A DNA stretch of 63,769 nucleotides, counting the filler, from Octopus bimaculoides (taxonomy: Eukaryota): NCBI RefSeq assembly GCF_001194135.2. It is 9 parts of 8 records of this genome, joined end to end, with 100 filler letters (N's around TTAATTAATTAA, not from the genome) between each part and the next. Parts side by side here need not be neighbours in the genome. Positions count along the whole stretch, not along the records: positions 34,896 to 45,820 come from NC_068999.1; positions 45,921 to 47,389 come from NC_069002.1; positions 47,490 to 48,750 come from NW_026335887.1; positions 48,851 to 55,018 come from NC_068999.1; 5 more parts are not named here. The stretch is one strand, 5' to 3'. Numbering within the stretch: position 1 is the stretch's first letter; every line of letters starts with the position of its first letter. A program made the position numbers and the translations under genes. This document shows, one piece after another, positions 36,661 through 52,400 of this stretch. The notes under the pieces were generated by a model. That model saw only the letters and a program-made list of their open reading frames with translations. It was not told where the DNA came from and did no database searches.

Positions 36661-37035
36661 GCAGAAGACTACAAAATTGAAGCGCTATATACATTCTACA
36701 ATGTAACAGTATAGGCAAACGCAATAATAAAAGAAAGATATGAGAGATGAAGGAAAATAATAAATGTATGCGTGCAAATATGCAATTCCAAACCTCCGAC
36801 GGAATATCTTACGAGAAGGGGAACGTCTAATGTGAAATAGACAAACTCATACAGTAAATATCCAATGAAGTGAACATCCCTTACATTTATTCTACAGGCC
36901 TGATACACACAGAACTTGTATTACACGCACAAAACACTATAGAAACATTAATACAAAAACTCAAATCAAACCCCATAACAAAGCATACTGATAAAATATA
37001 ATCCCGAGAAGTGTTTCTATTTCGCACAGACAACA

Positions 37036-37094
<59 letters not shown>

Positions 37095-37096
37095 TA

Positions 37097-37163
<67 letters not shown>

Positions 37164-40155
37164 GTAGTAGTAGTAGTAGTAGTGTCGTTAATATTATTAT
37201 CGTTATTAACAGCAGAGGCCACATCGTTGAGCATATACTGTTTGATGAAAATACTTTTTTGTTTCTGTTTTTACAGAATGATCGATTATTCTTCTAAAGA
37301 AATAATCAAATTCTTTTTCTTCAAAGTTTACGTTTTTTATATCCTGTTATTTAAATAATGCAGCCCGTGATAAGTGTATATTAGTTTAAATAATAGTCGA
37401 ATTATTTTTGAAGCTTTTTATACAACATATATATTTAAAATATCGAGGTCACATTCCAGAAAAAGGTTAACACAATCAGACATTAAAAAGGCGACATTTT
37501 ATATTAATATGATTTTCTATGAAAACTTCGATGTTTGAAGGTGAAGTTGTCTTCTGTATCTACAGTGAATATATACGTTTAAAGGCGAGTGATACTACTT
37601 TCAATTTTGTTTGTATACTTTATAACAGACAACGTGTTTTTGTTTTTATGTTTCATAATCTTTATCCAGTTTATTTAGATATACATTATCTCTTATAAAA
37701 TGTAGAACAACCGATGTAATATCGCTGATATTGTTGACATTATGCTGCTTTTTCATTCTATGAGTGTATAACGTTATTATTTTATAATACTTATCCTCGT
37801 AAACGAGCTGCAGTTAGTAAATGTTATACATACATACATACATACATACATACACACATACATATAAATGCGTGTTAGTGTGTCTGTGTGTCTGTATGTA
37901 TAAATATGTATGTATGAATGCGTATATTTATAAATAAGAGCTGTGAAAATATCAATACAAAAAGTATTAATATATACTATAGTGAGTACGTGATGGCAGA
38001 AATTCCAGAGTGAATTTTTTGGAGTATTGTGTTCCGATGTTTAGTTTTTGAATCGTTCTAACCTTGAGTTTAATTCTAAGTTTCGAGAATCCTATGTTTG
38101 GAGGGAATTTGCTCGCTTAAAATGTATGAATACAATTTATAATTGAATGATCAGAATAACGAACTTTACTGAAGGGTCATTTGTTCATAGATAGTATAAA
38201 TACTTTTGATTATATTCTTTAATAGTTTTCTCACGAAACAGAATAAACAATGCATTAATGTTTTTGAAGGATCACACGACATATAAAAGAAGGCGATGTT
38301 GTTAACCTGGAAACGAAGACATGGTCTGAGTCTCCACCAGTGAAAATAACTGAGTGCCAAGTGATCATTTTCACAGACATTTTGCCGCCCAAAAATTAAT
38401 ATCAATGATTTGATTATCCTGCATTTTTGTTGTCCTGCGTTTTCCCAAATTGTGGTACTGGTAGATTGGACGCGAAACCGCTTCCTAGCAAAGTACTTAA
38501 TCTTCAACATAAATATAAGCGAGTCAAATCCCTACTCTACCTGTGTTTGTGTCATTATTTATACTACAAAAGGTTGAAAGTGACAGAAAAATTGCGTTGA
38601 AAATACATATGTTGTTGTTGGTGAGAGTGAAAGTTAACGATAAAACACTAATTAGGAACAAAGCTGAAACGGATTGAGATTATCTTTGAAGGAGCTGACA
38701 AACTGTATCCCAAAATATGTTCCTGTCCCTTTGTGATTCAAGATAAGAAGGAAGACAACTATGCATATCATAATAACAAATACGGAACGAAATCCGAGTG
38801 GTGTGGATTTAATTTATTCTATACGTTTCCTTTCATACCTATACTTGAGTTTACTTTGAAATGGGTGCATAACTGAAACGTATATATTATATTAATGCAG
38901 AAGCAATATTCAATTTCATCACTATGTGATCAATATTAATCCCGTTTGTAAGAATATTGTTTGAAGTTTTATACGTGCCATTATATAATTTTTCTCTTTA
39001 GATAAGACGCAGCTTTTTGAAGATATATGGAAGAAGATATATGGGCACTTGTATAGAAATTGCATAATATCATTTCATTTAAGTTCATTTATGGAGATCT
39101 TTTGATGCGTCTTAGATTTGGGGAGGCATTTCCCTTCTCATCCAGGATTTGTAAGATTAATGCTGTTCATGTTCCTTTTAAAACTTTATTCAACGAACCC
39201 GGAAAAAATAATTTTCAGGAAAAAAAAAGATTCTAGGCAGTCGATGTTCTGGTTAGAAATTATCGGCTATAATGCATATTGCGGTTCAAGGGAAAAAGTG
39301 AAGAGACGAGCTGAGCTAATCTGTACACATGTGGAAGAGGAACAAGGTAGGTAACTCCAAATAACAAAGGCAAAGCTAGTAGAGTTAGAAAAATAACAAT
39401 GCCTTTATGATTGGGCAGAATCTAGCGTGGAAATTTGAATGCTGTTCTATTAATCCACAAAGAATTCTTTTTGGATGATGTTAAATATGCATTTAAATGT
39501 AATAAATGCACTGACCAAGCATAAATGTCAATTTTCTGTATCTCAAGTCCACACGCCAATGAATATGTGACTGTAATACAAGTGCATGTTTCTACGTCAA
39601 TAGGCGTACTTATATATGCATATAAGTATATACATTTACTTTTGCGAATGCTATGTTGATTCGTTGCAGGTACAAGCAAACGTGCTTCAGCTTTTCTATT
39701 GCTATATGCATTCATTCTGCTAACAACACTCGTCTTTACTGAGATAGTTTCCCGTAATCACTCTGAATCCTACGTTGATTTGCAATCCTAAAAGTAGTAT
39801 CTACCTCAAACACGTAAGTCCCTCTTTGTGTTTTATATGCAACTATGAACAGATATAATCAGATTCAAGCTCAATAACTGGTCGTCCTAATTACGTTAAA
39901 GGTGGCATCATGTTATGTAAATGAACTGTTTACAAGCAAATAAAGTCGACAGCACACACAAGATTTGAGTAAGTCTTTCCCAGGTAACTGTCTTCCCGTT
40001 CACCTCACGTTTTATACCGCAGGCCTACCATCCTCTGTAGCTTACACCTCCTCCCACCATTCCAATTTTTGTTCCAACCCTCTCCCCTACTGTTTTTTCT
40101 CTTACGGGTAGTATCATCATGAATCATAACCACTGCATAGAATGGATTTAACGCT

Positions 40156-40221
40156 ACATATTACTCTTAGGATATGCATCTTCTATAGACATATTACTCT
40201 TAGGATATGCATCTTCTATAG
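40156..40221. repeat. Perfect 33-bp tandem duplication
   Basis: ACATATTACTCTTAGGATATGCATCTTCTATAG x2. Confidence 0.95.
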
Positions 40222-42829
40222 AAACCTGATAATATTATTATAATTGGTATATTTAATGTTGTTTCTTCCATTCTCCATCACGGCCTCACCCTATTTTCAT
40301 CTTCGTCCTTTCATGCTGTCTCGTTTTGCAGCATTTTTTCAAACTCATTCTTCTTTTTACACTCATACATCAATAAATATTTACATGTGTGCATGCATGC
40401 ATACATACGTACACACACACACGCATACATACATACCTGCATACATACATATACACATATATACATAAGTACGGTCGCCCTCATAAATGCACATGTGTCC
40501 GTGTGCATCTCTGCCCGTGTCTGCTTTTGCATATATATATATATACATGTATGTATGTATATATGTATATAAATTAATACATAAACGTATCGTTTGTGCA
40601 AAGTGGTCTTGGAAGGAGTTTCAGAAAAGTGAACCGAACCGAACAGAATCAGGTTAAGTGCGATAAAATAACTATTGAGAAGTGCAGTTAAAATAGAAAA
40701 GCGAAGCTAAAACCCAGTTGAATAATATATTATTGAAAATACTGTATATTCTGCAATATCCTGTTTTGCTATTGTGTGAACTATTTAATCTCGTTAAAAT
40801 TCTTCATTCAAAGGAAGAAAAGAAAGATTCGAAATTTATAATCTTATCGTAGTATCACTGCAACGACCATGAATCTCTGCACTGTTTTTTCCGCAAAATA
40901 TCTTGCATTAATTACAGTACGTTGCTCTGTGTCACATTTATGTGTCTCTCCAATGTAACTGTTGTCATATTTCATATTTCCCATCTAAAGGAGGTTTCTT
41001 ACTAATTTTTCAATATTACGGGATTCACTATAGCTGATTCAATGGCTGTAGTATATTTTGTTTCCTTTGTTTATTCGTGTCACCATTTGAATTTTCTGTT
41101 TTAAAATATTCAACTGCGTTGCATGTGTAGTGAGTCAAGGAAGTCATATTTTGTTGTCGGGTAATAGCATAGTTGTGCTATCGTAACTTCAGCTAATCAC
41201 AGTTTGCCTCGTGTTACTACAAACAGCAGGCAAGTGTCCAGCGGCAAACGCGTGTTTAGTTAGTTAGCAGAAGACTTCGTGGCGAGTAACGCTATTCTCG
41301 GTCAGTCATTCGAAGGACACTGATGTCTAACGCTGTTTCTTCAATATGAACAGCTTGTTTATTTCACCAACTTTGCACAGCAACTATTGTGTATTTAAGC
41401 TATCCACGCCAACCACTCCATAGACATCCTGTTGCATTTATGTCAAGTTCATTTTGGAATTACTGTTACCATGAGTCCTTAAAACACATAGCTACCTGTA
41501 ACAATGAAAGGTTTGACTTAGCATATCATGTTTTCTTGGTCGATAAAATAAATACCATTTGTGTACTGGATTGAATAAAATCAACTTAACCTCTTACTCG
41601 AACTTCTGACCTTGTACAAAAATTTGAAATGGATTATTCAACTTTTTGTAGAATATAAACATTTTCTTCAGTATGCAGATCCTCGATTTATACATTAGAA
41701 TAATCTTATAATTCATTTCCTCTATCGAGCGCTGAGGTATGAATTACTATAATTTTGTCAGTTTCAGGCAGGGGGAAACACGATCGCATCGGAATACGAT
41801 ATGAATCAAATAATGAACTGTGTGTTAATTTCAATACGTAGCTTCATGCAATTTCCAAGTTTCTCTCCGCTTTAGCTACACACACACACACACACANNNN
41901 NNNNNNNNNNNNNNNNNNNNNNNNNNNNNNNNNNNNNNNNNNNNNNNNNNNNNNNNNNNNNNNNNNNNNNNNTATATATATACATGCATGTATGTATGTG
42001 TGTGTATGTGTGTGTGTGTGTGTGCGTGTGTGTGTGTGTGTCTTTGTATATCATTTAATGTGTTTTGACATCTGAGTGTGCCCTTTTGAAATGAAGATAT
42101 TTGTATATTGCAGAAGAATGACATGGAAAAAGAATCCTTCAACCTTCACATCCTTTCGTTTTCCTACGACGATTTTCTTTTTTCCTTTTACAAATCCGTA
42201 TTGAATAGACTCTAATTGTAAGTGAAATCCTCTATAACTTACATACGTAAGGAAATAAGCAATGAATATCCAGACTGTCAATGGTAAAATTACAGAAGTA
42301 TGCATTAACATTTATCTGTATCGATTTTCATACAAAATCTCATAAAGACATGTTGAAAATTTATAAAGGTTGAACAAACGCGCGTGATGCACGTACACGC
42401 CCATATCCATACATGTAAATTTTATATTTAATTATATACATGTTTACATATACAACTTTTCTCTAGACTGCATGCATATCATTGTGGGGTATTCATACAT
42501 GGTTTACAATAAGTTTGTAAACCATATATTACAACACAGACACACATATCTGAACTCAAGTGAACACATGTACAAACACATACAAACACACACACGCACA
42601 CGCACACTTATACAAACACGCACACGCACACTTATACAAACGCATACATGTTTTTAACATATTTTCGTATATTACGAAGAAAACTAAACGCCGTGATAGA
42701 AAGAAATGTTTCTCTGTTACATGTAACAGGTTTCCTTACATATTTTCCATGTCTTTCTCAAATTGCAATCATTGAGGACGCTATTGCTGACGTAATTATA
42801 AGTTGCTACAGCCCCTGTTCCTCGTGCTG

Positions 42830-43390
42830 TCTATAGAACTTACGGCAACGGCACAGCCACTGAGAAAATCGGAAATATGAAGAAAACTCATCAGCTTGAA
42901 TATGACGATCGTCGGAGGATAATCAGCGATATGGTCGATGCAGTTCGTCTGTACACGAAAGACTAACATCTGAAATGAACATACGGCGTATCTCTCCCAA
43001 GATTGTCCGCCGCTTGCTGACTGTGCAGAAAGATCATCGCGTTGAAATTTGTCATGATCTCTGCCAGCATGTCACTGATGACCCATCCTTCATGTTGAGA
43101 ATCATCACCACTGACGACTGATGGGCGTACAGTTACGGCCCTGAGACGAATTGGCAGTCATCACAATGTAAGAGCACTTCATGTCCAAGGCTTAAGAAGG
43201 CACGACAGAGTTGCAGGACAATTAAGAGCAAGCTCAGCGTTTTCGTTAGAAAATCTGCTGTTTTGTGCATGTAGAATTCGCCCCGCCGAGTCACACTAAT
43301 ACATGAGAGTTCTGCTATGTTTTGAAGCCTTTGCGGGTGGACATTTGGAGAAAGTGACCGGATCTGTTGGGCGCGGAGAATTTAAGTCTT
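42830..43390 (+). mobile_element. Mariner transposase remnant
   Basis: With frameshifts it reads LNMRRxSxKxVxRLLT.QKDHRVEIC..L.QH..DDPSFMLRIITxDxxWAYSYGPET..QSSQ, the mariner WVP-like and TGDETW..YDPE region. Confidence 0.75.
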
Positions 43391-44573
43391 CACGGCGAAA
43401 ATACACCCCGTAAAGAAGCTCTCCTCACTATTGAGTTTCTCGCAAAAAAGAAAAGGGTATTTTTCTTTTGAGCTTTTATCTAAGGTTGTGTTCTTTTTTA
43501 TATCTAAGGTCTTGTTCTTTTGGCTTTAGATATACAAAGGTTTGATAAACTAGTCTATAAACTAAACGGACCCCATAAAACAGTGACGAGCAAAATGTGT
43601 AACAAGTCTTTCTTCCTCATACCTTAGTACCTTCTAAGCTGAAGTGAAGACAGCATGTTCTTTGTCTATCTCCTTACATTCTTGGAGATAGATTTTAGGT
43701 AAATATGACAATCTGTTTTAATTTACTTAAATTTTGTCTTTATGCAGCTGAGGATTGCTCTTCATTTAAATTGATGTAATGATTGCATTGTTCAATTAAA
43801 TGGAGTAAAGCATGTCTTTTCGAAATTTTGGGCAGAATCAGATGCGTCATGGTGTTGTTTTTTCTTCTTCTGGCAGACGCTTCCCAACTGACCGTACTAT
43901 AATGTATTGTAAACAAAAGCAAATCCAAACAATGCGCATGAGCGAAATAAAAAAAAGCATATAAAACAACAACAATTTACCCATTGCACGTTGTATATAT
44001 ATATATATATATATATNNNNNNNNNNNNNNNNNNNNNNNNNNNNNNNNNNNNNNNNNNNNNNNNNNNNNNNNNNNNNNNNNNNNNNNNNNNNNNNNNNNN
44101 NNNNNNNNNNNNNNNNNNNNNNNNNNNNNNNNNNNNNNNNNNNNNNNNNNNNNNNNNNNNNNNNNNNNNNNNNNNNNNNNNNNNNNNNNNNNNNNNNNNN
44201 NNNNNNNNNNNNNNNNNNNNNNNNNNNNNNNNNNNNNNNNNNNNNNNNNNNNNNNNNNNNNNNNNNNNNNNNNNNNNNNNNNNNNNNNNNNNNNNNNNNN
44301 NNNNNNNNNNNNNNNNNNNNNNNNNNNNNNNNNNNNNNNNNNNNNNNNNNNNNNNNNNNNNNNNNNNNNNNNNNNNNNNNNNNNNNNNNNNNNNNNNNNN
44401 NNNNNNNNNNNNNNNNNNNNNNNNNNNNNNNNNNNNNNNNNNNNNNNNNNNNNNNNNNNNNNNNNNNNNNNNNNNNNNNNNNNNNNNNNNNNNNNNNNNN
44501 NNNNNNNNNNNNNNNNNNNNNNNNNNNNNNNNNNNNNNNNNNNNNNNNNNNNNNNNNNNNNNNNNNNNNNNNN

Positions 44574-44616
<43 letters not shown>

Positions 44617-45820
44617 AATGATATGTGGGCATATGCATGCATACAAACATATATGAACATACCTACATCTACATGTTTATATAGATTCATATCCGGGTAC
44701 AGGACGTCAAAAAGTCGTGGACGAAATGTGGGTGTGTGTATATATATACATATATATGTATGTGTACATATTTAATAGTTGCAATACACTTTATTATGTG
44801 CTATTAATAGTTTCTTGTGATGAAAACATGCCAAAAAATAAATTATAACATGTGTAACATCGCACAGTCACCAGGCGTAAACGGAGTAGTTTAGAAAGGG
44901 ACAAACGGAAAAGTTAGCAGAAATAATGAAAACATGTAAAGAATTATTTCACTTCAACCTTAAAGAATAAGTTTGAAAATAATAGCGACAAATTAATCTG
45001 GTATAGGCGGAATTTTCGAGTTCTTCAAAGGAAACTTCGGCATATGTCTACATCCGCCTAAAATTTCAAACAGAGAGTTCATTAGTGAGATGCAGATCAT
45101 AGATCTAAAGCGTATCTGAGCTCTTTCAGCTGAGCATATCTTACATGTATTTATTCCTTTAACATAAGTTGTTTATTTGTTGATTATTTTCGGCTTGATC
45201 GTCTGTGGTGTTGAGTTAGATTTCAAAGTCTATATGCGGCTAGACGCACGCAGGTACAGGAAAATATTGAAGAGGCCTTCTATGAAATTATCATGTAGCT
45301 GCTGCGCCAATATGAATAATATCATTACATAAGGTCCACACCATCACCAGCGACAACAACAGCAACAACTACCATGATGGCACGTCGTGGGAGAACAAAC
45401 AAGCACAGTGAATTCCAAGAACAGTACAAAAATGTCGGGCTCAAGGGCAGCTGCAGTGGCAACAAGATAGGGGAGGGAGCTGTGCGAGGGTCAAAGTGCT
45501 ACTAAGAACAATGACACAAGCACACAAACACACATGGGCACACCCGCACGATCACGGGCGCATGCGCATACAAGGATACACATCATAGAAGAAACACAAT
45601 GGAAGAAGAACAAGTGCTCACACGAAGACAGAAAGTGTCATTAAGGAGTTCACAGAAGTGTGGCGAAAGATTTGCGGAAAGTGGACAAGATTTCGAAACA
45701 AAAACAGTAATAAATGTGTGAAGAACGAATATATATAGTGCGTATGTTTATTTGGCAAAAATACACCGACCGTCCCAAAATATGTATACGTATATATATA
45801 TAAGTTAATGGAGTTCATTA

Positions 45821-45920
45821 NNNNNNNNNNNNNNNNNNNNNNNNNNNNNNNNNNNNNNNNNNNNTTAATTAATTAANNNNNNNNNNNNNNNNNNNNNNNN
45901 NNNNNNNNNNNNNNNNNNNN
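45821..45920. other. Artificial assembly spacer
   Basis: 44N-TTAATTAATTAA-44N. Confidence 0.95.
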
Positions 45921-46067
45921 ACCTTCTGTGCGTTGTATATATAGCCTTTCTATGTCAGATTTTGGGTGGTGCATCCTATATCCTGTCATTATTTTTCTTG
46001 TTTTTCTGTCTATTTTACATAGTTCGTTTAGTGTCCAGTTAAGGATGTTGTAGCTGTAGCTTATATC

Positions 46068-47310
<1,243 letters not shown>

Positions 47311-47389
47311 TTATGTTTGACTTTTGTTTTGTATTTGTACAAGTTGGATCCAAGTCTCACCCAGAGACTTCAAGAGACAACAAGTTAGA

Positions 47390-47489
47390 NNNNNNNNNNN
47401 NNNNNNNNNNNNNNNNNNNNNNNNNNNNNNNNNTTAATTAATTAANNNNNNNNNNNNNNNNNNNNNNNNNNNNNNNNNNNNNNNNNNNN
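47390..47489. other. Artificial assembly spacer
   Basis: 44N-TTAATTAATTAA-44N. Confidence 0.95.
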
Positions 47490-48750
47490 TATATATATAT
47501 AAAGGTATAGATACATATGTATGTATATGTATATGTACATACTCGAGAGAGGCCACTTGTTAGAGAAGCCTTAGGCCTAGGATCTGAAGAAGCACTGTAT
47601 CTATCTATCGATCTATCTATCTATCTATACGCACGTACACACACACGTTTGTCCCTTACGCACTGCTTCACTACCAGTGTATATTTATTCGCGTAACCTA
47701 GTGATTCAGAATAACATTCAGGCGTAAATAGTAATAATTACCGTGGTGGATTCTTTTTAGATAAATAGATTGTAAAAAACATTTACGCTTAGTAAATCTC
47801 AGTTTTTATACGAGTCTAGGTCTATCAGTATATTTTTTCAAAGTACATTGCTTGAGACTAATGTTGTTTATTAATTCTGTAGAACAATATCAAAACCACT
47901 CCTTGATGCAATCAATGATATCCAAATAAAAAATTTTCGGAATTCTGTAGAGAAGGATTGTAGTTCTCTACCACATAGAAGTTACGTTTTCAATTTGCGA
48001 ATTGTTTATCTTTGCAAATTGCTGAAAAGTTTGATGTTTATTGATGAGGAAGCTTCCAGATGTCTCTTTAAATAATCGTCCTTAATTCAACTACCATTCA
48101 ATTATCTTGCCGCCTCTGCTGTTTGCAAAAAAAAAAAAAAGAGAAAAACAATGGATTGTCAGCAGCACTTCGAATGATATTTCCACCAATGATAATGTTT
48201 TTTGAGAAAGAAAAAAAGAAGGTAAATAAAATATAATAAAAATTAAAATTAAAAAATTAGCTTAAAAATATAAGAAGACCTCCAAATCAGAGCAATACTT
48301 TGTAAAGAGGGACACCAAGTAAACAGAAATCAAATTAATTTTCTATCTTTTTAGTCAACACTTAATTTATTTAACAAGCCTTTTTTTTCAAATTCTACAA
48401 CTAAATTATTAATTTCTTGCTGTTATTTAATTTAATATTACTTTATATTTTCACACTCATTAAATTGCCATATGAATAATTCCAAAAGTTTACACTAAAT
48501 CAGTTGGAGAAAGAGAATGTGGAATATGCCTATCAATAATGACAGTTACTGTTAATATGAAGGAATATTTAAATTCAAACAGACAGACAGACAGACAGGC
48601 GCAAACAGATACACATCCCATTCTGAAATCAGATGTAGAGAAACTGGAGCACATCTCTTAGCGCCAGATTCAAGTTCACAATGGTTCTATGACTTAAAAT
48701 TTATTCAAATATTCTCATATATTTTGCACAACATAATGTATTATATATAT

Positions 48751-48850
48751 NNNNNNNNNNNNNNNNNNNNNNNNNNNNNNNNNNNNNNNNNNNNTTAATT
48801 AATTAANNNNNNNNNNNNNNNNNNNNNNNNNNNNNNNNNNNNNNNNNNNN
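48751..48850. other. Artificial assembly spacer
   Basis: 44N-TTAATTAATTAA-44N. Confidence 0.95.
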
Positions 48851-49439
48851 GGTTGTGTATGATTGTGTATAGAGGAATATATTATTTTGTTTAAAAGAGT
48901 TCCAACACTGTCTGTTTGTTATGTTTTATTTATATTCCTGCAAAAGCAATGTGGGATATAGAATATGGAATATACAATATATAATATTAAATAAAAATGG
49001 ATGGTACAATGAAATAAAGTATTGAATGTCTTATTGAATATATGGAATATGTCTTATTGAATAGATGAAATATTGAGTGTTCAATATAAAAGATTACTTT
49101 AACAGAACGGTAGATAAATATATATATATATATATATACATACATATATATATATATATAAATTTATATATATACATATATATACATATATATATGTATA
49201 CATATATATATACATATTTATATATACATATTTATATATACATTTATATATATATATGTGTGTGTCTCATTGTCTCTGGTTGTTTGTACACGTGTGAGAT
49301 GTAAATTCTCTAATGTGCTGGCATCCCATTTTGCCAAACTTTATGTACTAATGCATCTTCCTCTCCCCGTGTCTTTTTCTCTCTCTTTTTACCATGTATG
49401 CATACCTACATAGTATTAATTCATGTACATATTTTACAC

Positions 49440-49499
<60 letters not shown>

Positions 49500-52400
49500 T
49501 TATCCATCTATATGTCAATTCCAATCTCTTTCTTTATATATATATATATGATATTATAATACTAGGGAATGTAAAATTATATTTATATATAAATANNNNN
49601 NNNNNNNNNNNNNNNNNNNNNNNNNNNNNNNNNNNNNNNNNNNNNNNNNNNNNNNNNNNNNNNNNNNNNNNNNNNNNNNNNNNNNNNNNNNNNNNNNNNN
49701 NNNNNNNNNNNNNNNNNNNNNNNNNNNNNNNNNNNNNNNNNNNNNNNNNNNNNNNNNNNNNNNNNNNNNNNNNNNNNNNNNNNNNNNNNNNNNNNNNNNN
49801 NNNNNNNNNNNNNNNNNNNNNNNNNNNNNNNNNNNNNNNNNNNNNNNNNNNNNNNNNNNNNNNNNNNNNNNNNNNNNNNNNNNNNNNNNNNNNNNNNNNN
49901 NNNNNNNNNNNNNNNNNNNNNNNNNNNNNNNNNNNNNNNNNNNNNNNNNNNNNNNNNNNNNNNNNNNNNNNNNNNNNNNNNNNNNNNNNNNNNNNNNNNN
50001 NNNNNNNNNNNNNNNNNNNNNNNNNNNNNNNNNNNNNNNNNNNNNNNNNNNNNNNNNNNNNNNNNNNNNNNNNNNNNNNNNNNNNNNNNNNTATATATAT
50101 ATATACACACATATATTTATATCTCTATATGTATGTATCTATCTATTTATCTACCGTTCTATATATACATATATACAGATAGAATTTGCAAGTGAACGCG
50201 CATGAGTTAGTGGTTTAGAACGTCGGTCACAAAAATCATAGGGTAGTGAGATCGTTTTCCGGACAAGGTTGTGTGTTGCGTTCTTGGGCACGGTGTAGCA
50301 AACTATAATTCTCGTTACTCCAGTTCAGTCAGCTGTAGAAATTAGTTGCGACATCACTGCCACCAATCTGTAACGGCCTTCGCTTTTTCCTCGGCAGAAT
50401 TTGAACTCAGAATGTAGCGGCAGACGAAATACAGCTAAGCAATTCGCCTGGCTTGCTAAAGTTTCTGCCAGATCGCCGCCTTCGAAACATATTTCGAGTT
50501 AGTACTATCTCTGAACTCATACAAGAGAGTGTGATGTTAAGTGAATGCGCTCTCCCTGGAAGCTCTTCACTGGTTTTTATCAATCATATCTAACATATTC
50601 TATAACTAAGTTCACAAATGTCTCTTTGCCATGAAAACAGTAGTCCCGATGTTGCTACTGGTATCTCTAGCGGTTGTGTTTATATTTGTTGTCGACGTAT
50701 ATTTGGGAAATAATGACTTCGAAAGATATGTTGCTAAATTTGCCAATATCTTGAAGAACATGTGATATTCATGTATAAGTGGGCAAGTATTTTCTTTTTT
50801 TTATTATTCACGGGCCACATAATACTTATTCTATTGGACGCTGATCTCGTATACTGCTAGCAATTTCAAGCCATTACTGTCATCATCATCTACGACCAAC
50901 ATCATCACCATCCTGTTACTTCGGCAGCTTCTTGTGACTTTCTGCTGCGGTACATCGTGCAACTCCATGTTCCTGGTGTGTGTGTGCCACATTTTGTTCT
51001 TTTTCTTGTGGATACTGGAGTAATAAACCCGTTACCTGTTGTTGTATCTCTGTCAGTTTGTCATGATGTTTTTCTTTTTAATTTTATTAATCCCTGTAAT
51101 ACCAGTGCTACGTCTATTGATTATGTCATGTGTAACCTGATTTGTATCATATTTGGCGTTTACCTTCTGCTGTAGATGTTAGAACATGTGTGTGTGGGGG
51201 GGTTCGAGGGTGGGGGGGTCATGCTTCATACAATGTGTTGTGAGTGTGATAATTCTTCTATCCAACCAATAGCGTCTAGCGCATGTAGGAGGTTTTTACT
51301 AGAGCTATTTATGGAACAGCGTGTATTTTTGTGAGCCCTGGTATGAGTTTAGTACAATTGCTATCGTTATTGTTATCCCTAATGCTGTTTATGCAGGTTT
51401 TATTGTTGTCTTCGTCGTCGTCGTTGTTGTCCTTGTTGCTGTTATCTGTTGTTGACAAATAAAGGTGTGTTTTGAGTACAATCTTTAACGTGCTATATCA
51501 TTATTTATAGACATAAGCTTTTGCCAGTATTGTGGGATAACATATCCGATCCTAAATAGCTTTCGAAGAATTAGAAATCCTTACGAGGGACGGTTCATAT
51601 GAAAAATAATGTTTCTTGTAAGATAAATATATATAGAGTTTTTTTTTGTGATTTGTCTTCCTAAAATACAACTTGATTACCACAAATAACTATAATGTTT
51701 CCAAAAGAATAAAGATAAAAAGTAAAAAAAGTTTGTTACAAAAGAATAAAACATAACAAGTATTGTACTGCAAGTCACACACAATTATTATATTATATTT
51801 TTCTAGCAACAATGGTATTCATATGAACAGTTCTTACGACAATAAAAACAAGACTTGCACATTCTCTCAAACAAAGGCTTGGCCGAATGAAAATATCGAT
51901 TGAAATTTGAGTGAAACTCTAGATTCATCTTTTGTACACATAACTCTGAAGTGACGAGCGCTTGACATGCAACATTAAGATGAAAAGAAAAAAGGCATGC
52001 CAGCATCAAATTACATAAACAGGTGATATTTGAAAACCCAAAGCTGTCAGGAAGATGCAAGAAGGAAGCTAGTTAATCTAACTGCGCATTTCTAAGTTTA
52101 CCAAAACCGTCTTGGCGAATCGAAAGAGGACTTAGATACAGTTCTGACTGGTACATAAAATGGGATTTCTTGTACGAAGTGTACACAGTAGTATGGCCCC
52201 ATAATTGTTGCTGTTAAATGTGGGAACTGGGTGAAAACGACTTTGGGTAAAGAAATAATGTGGTCACCCTAAAGATTACCGCTGGCTAATATTGCAGCTG
52301 GATTGTTGTTCATATTCATAGTAAAATATCCGCACTGAGTTTTTATTTGTAATGTATGGAGTTGTGGTTCGGCGGGCATGCAGGTTTCTATGAGCCTAGG

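Noticed and set aside
38166-38510. 114-aa minus-strand ORF
   Set aside because: No recognisable motif or splice support; likely chance or TE-derived.
39237-39812. Two plus-strand exon-like segments (39237-39346 and 39670-39812)
   Set aside because: The second has stops in the frames I checked, there is no homology, and splice-like motifs occur frequently by chance.
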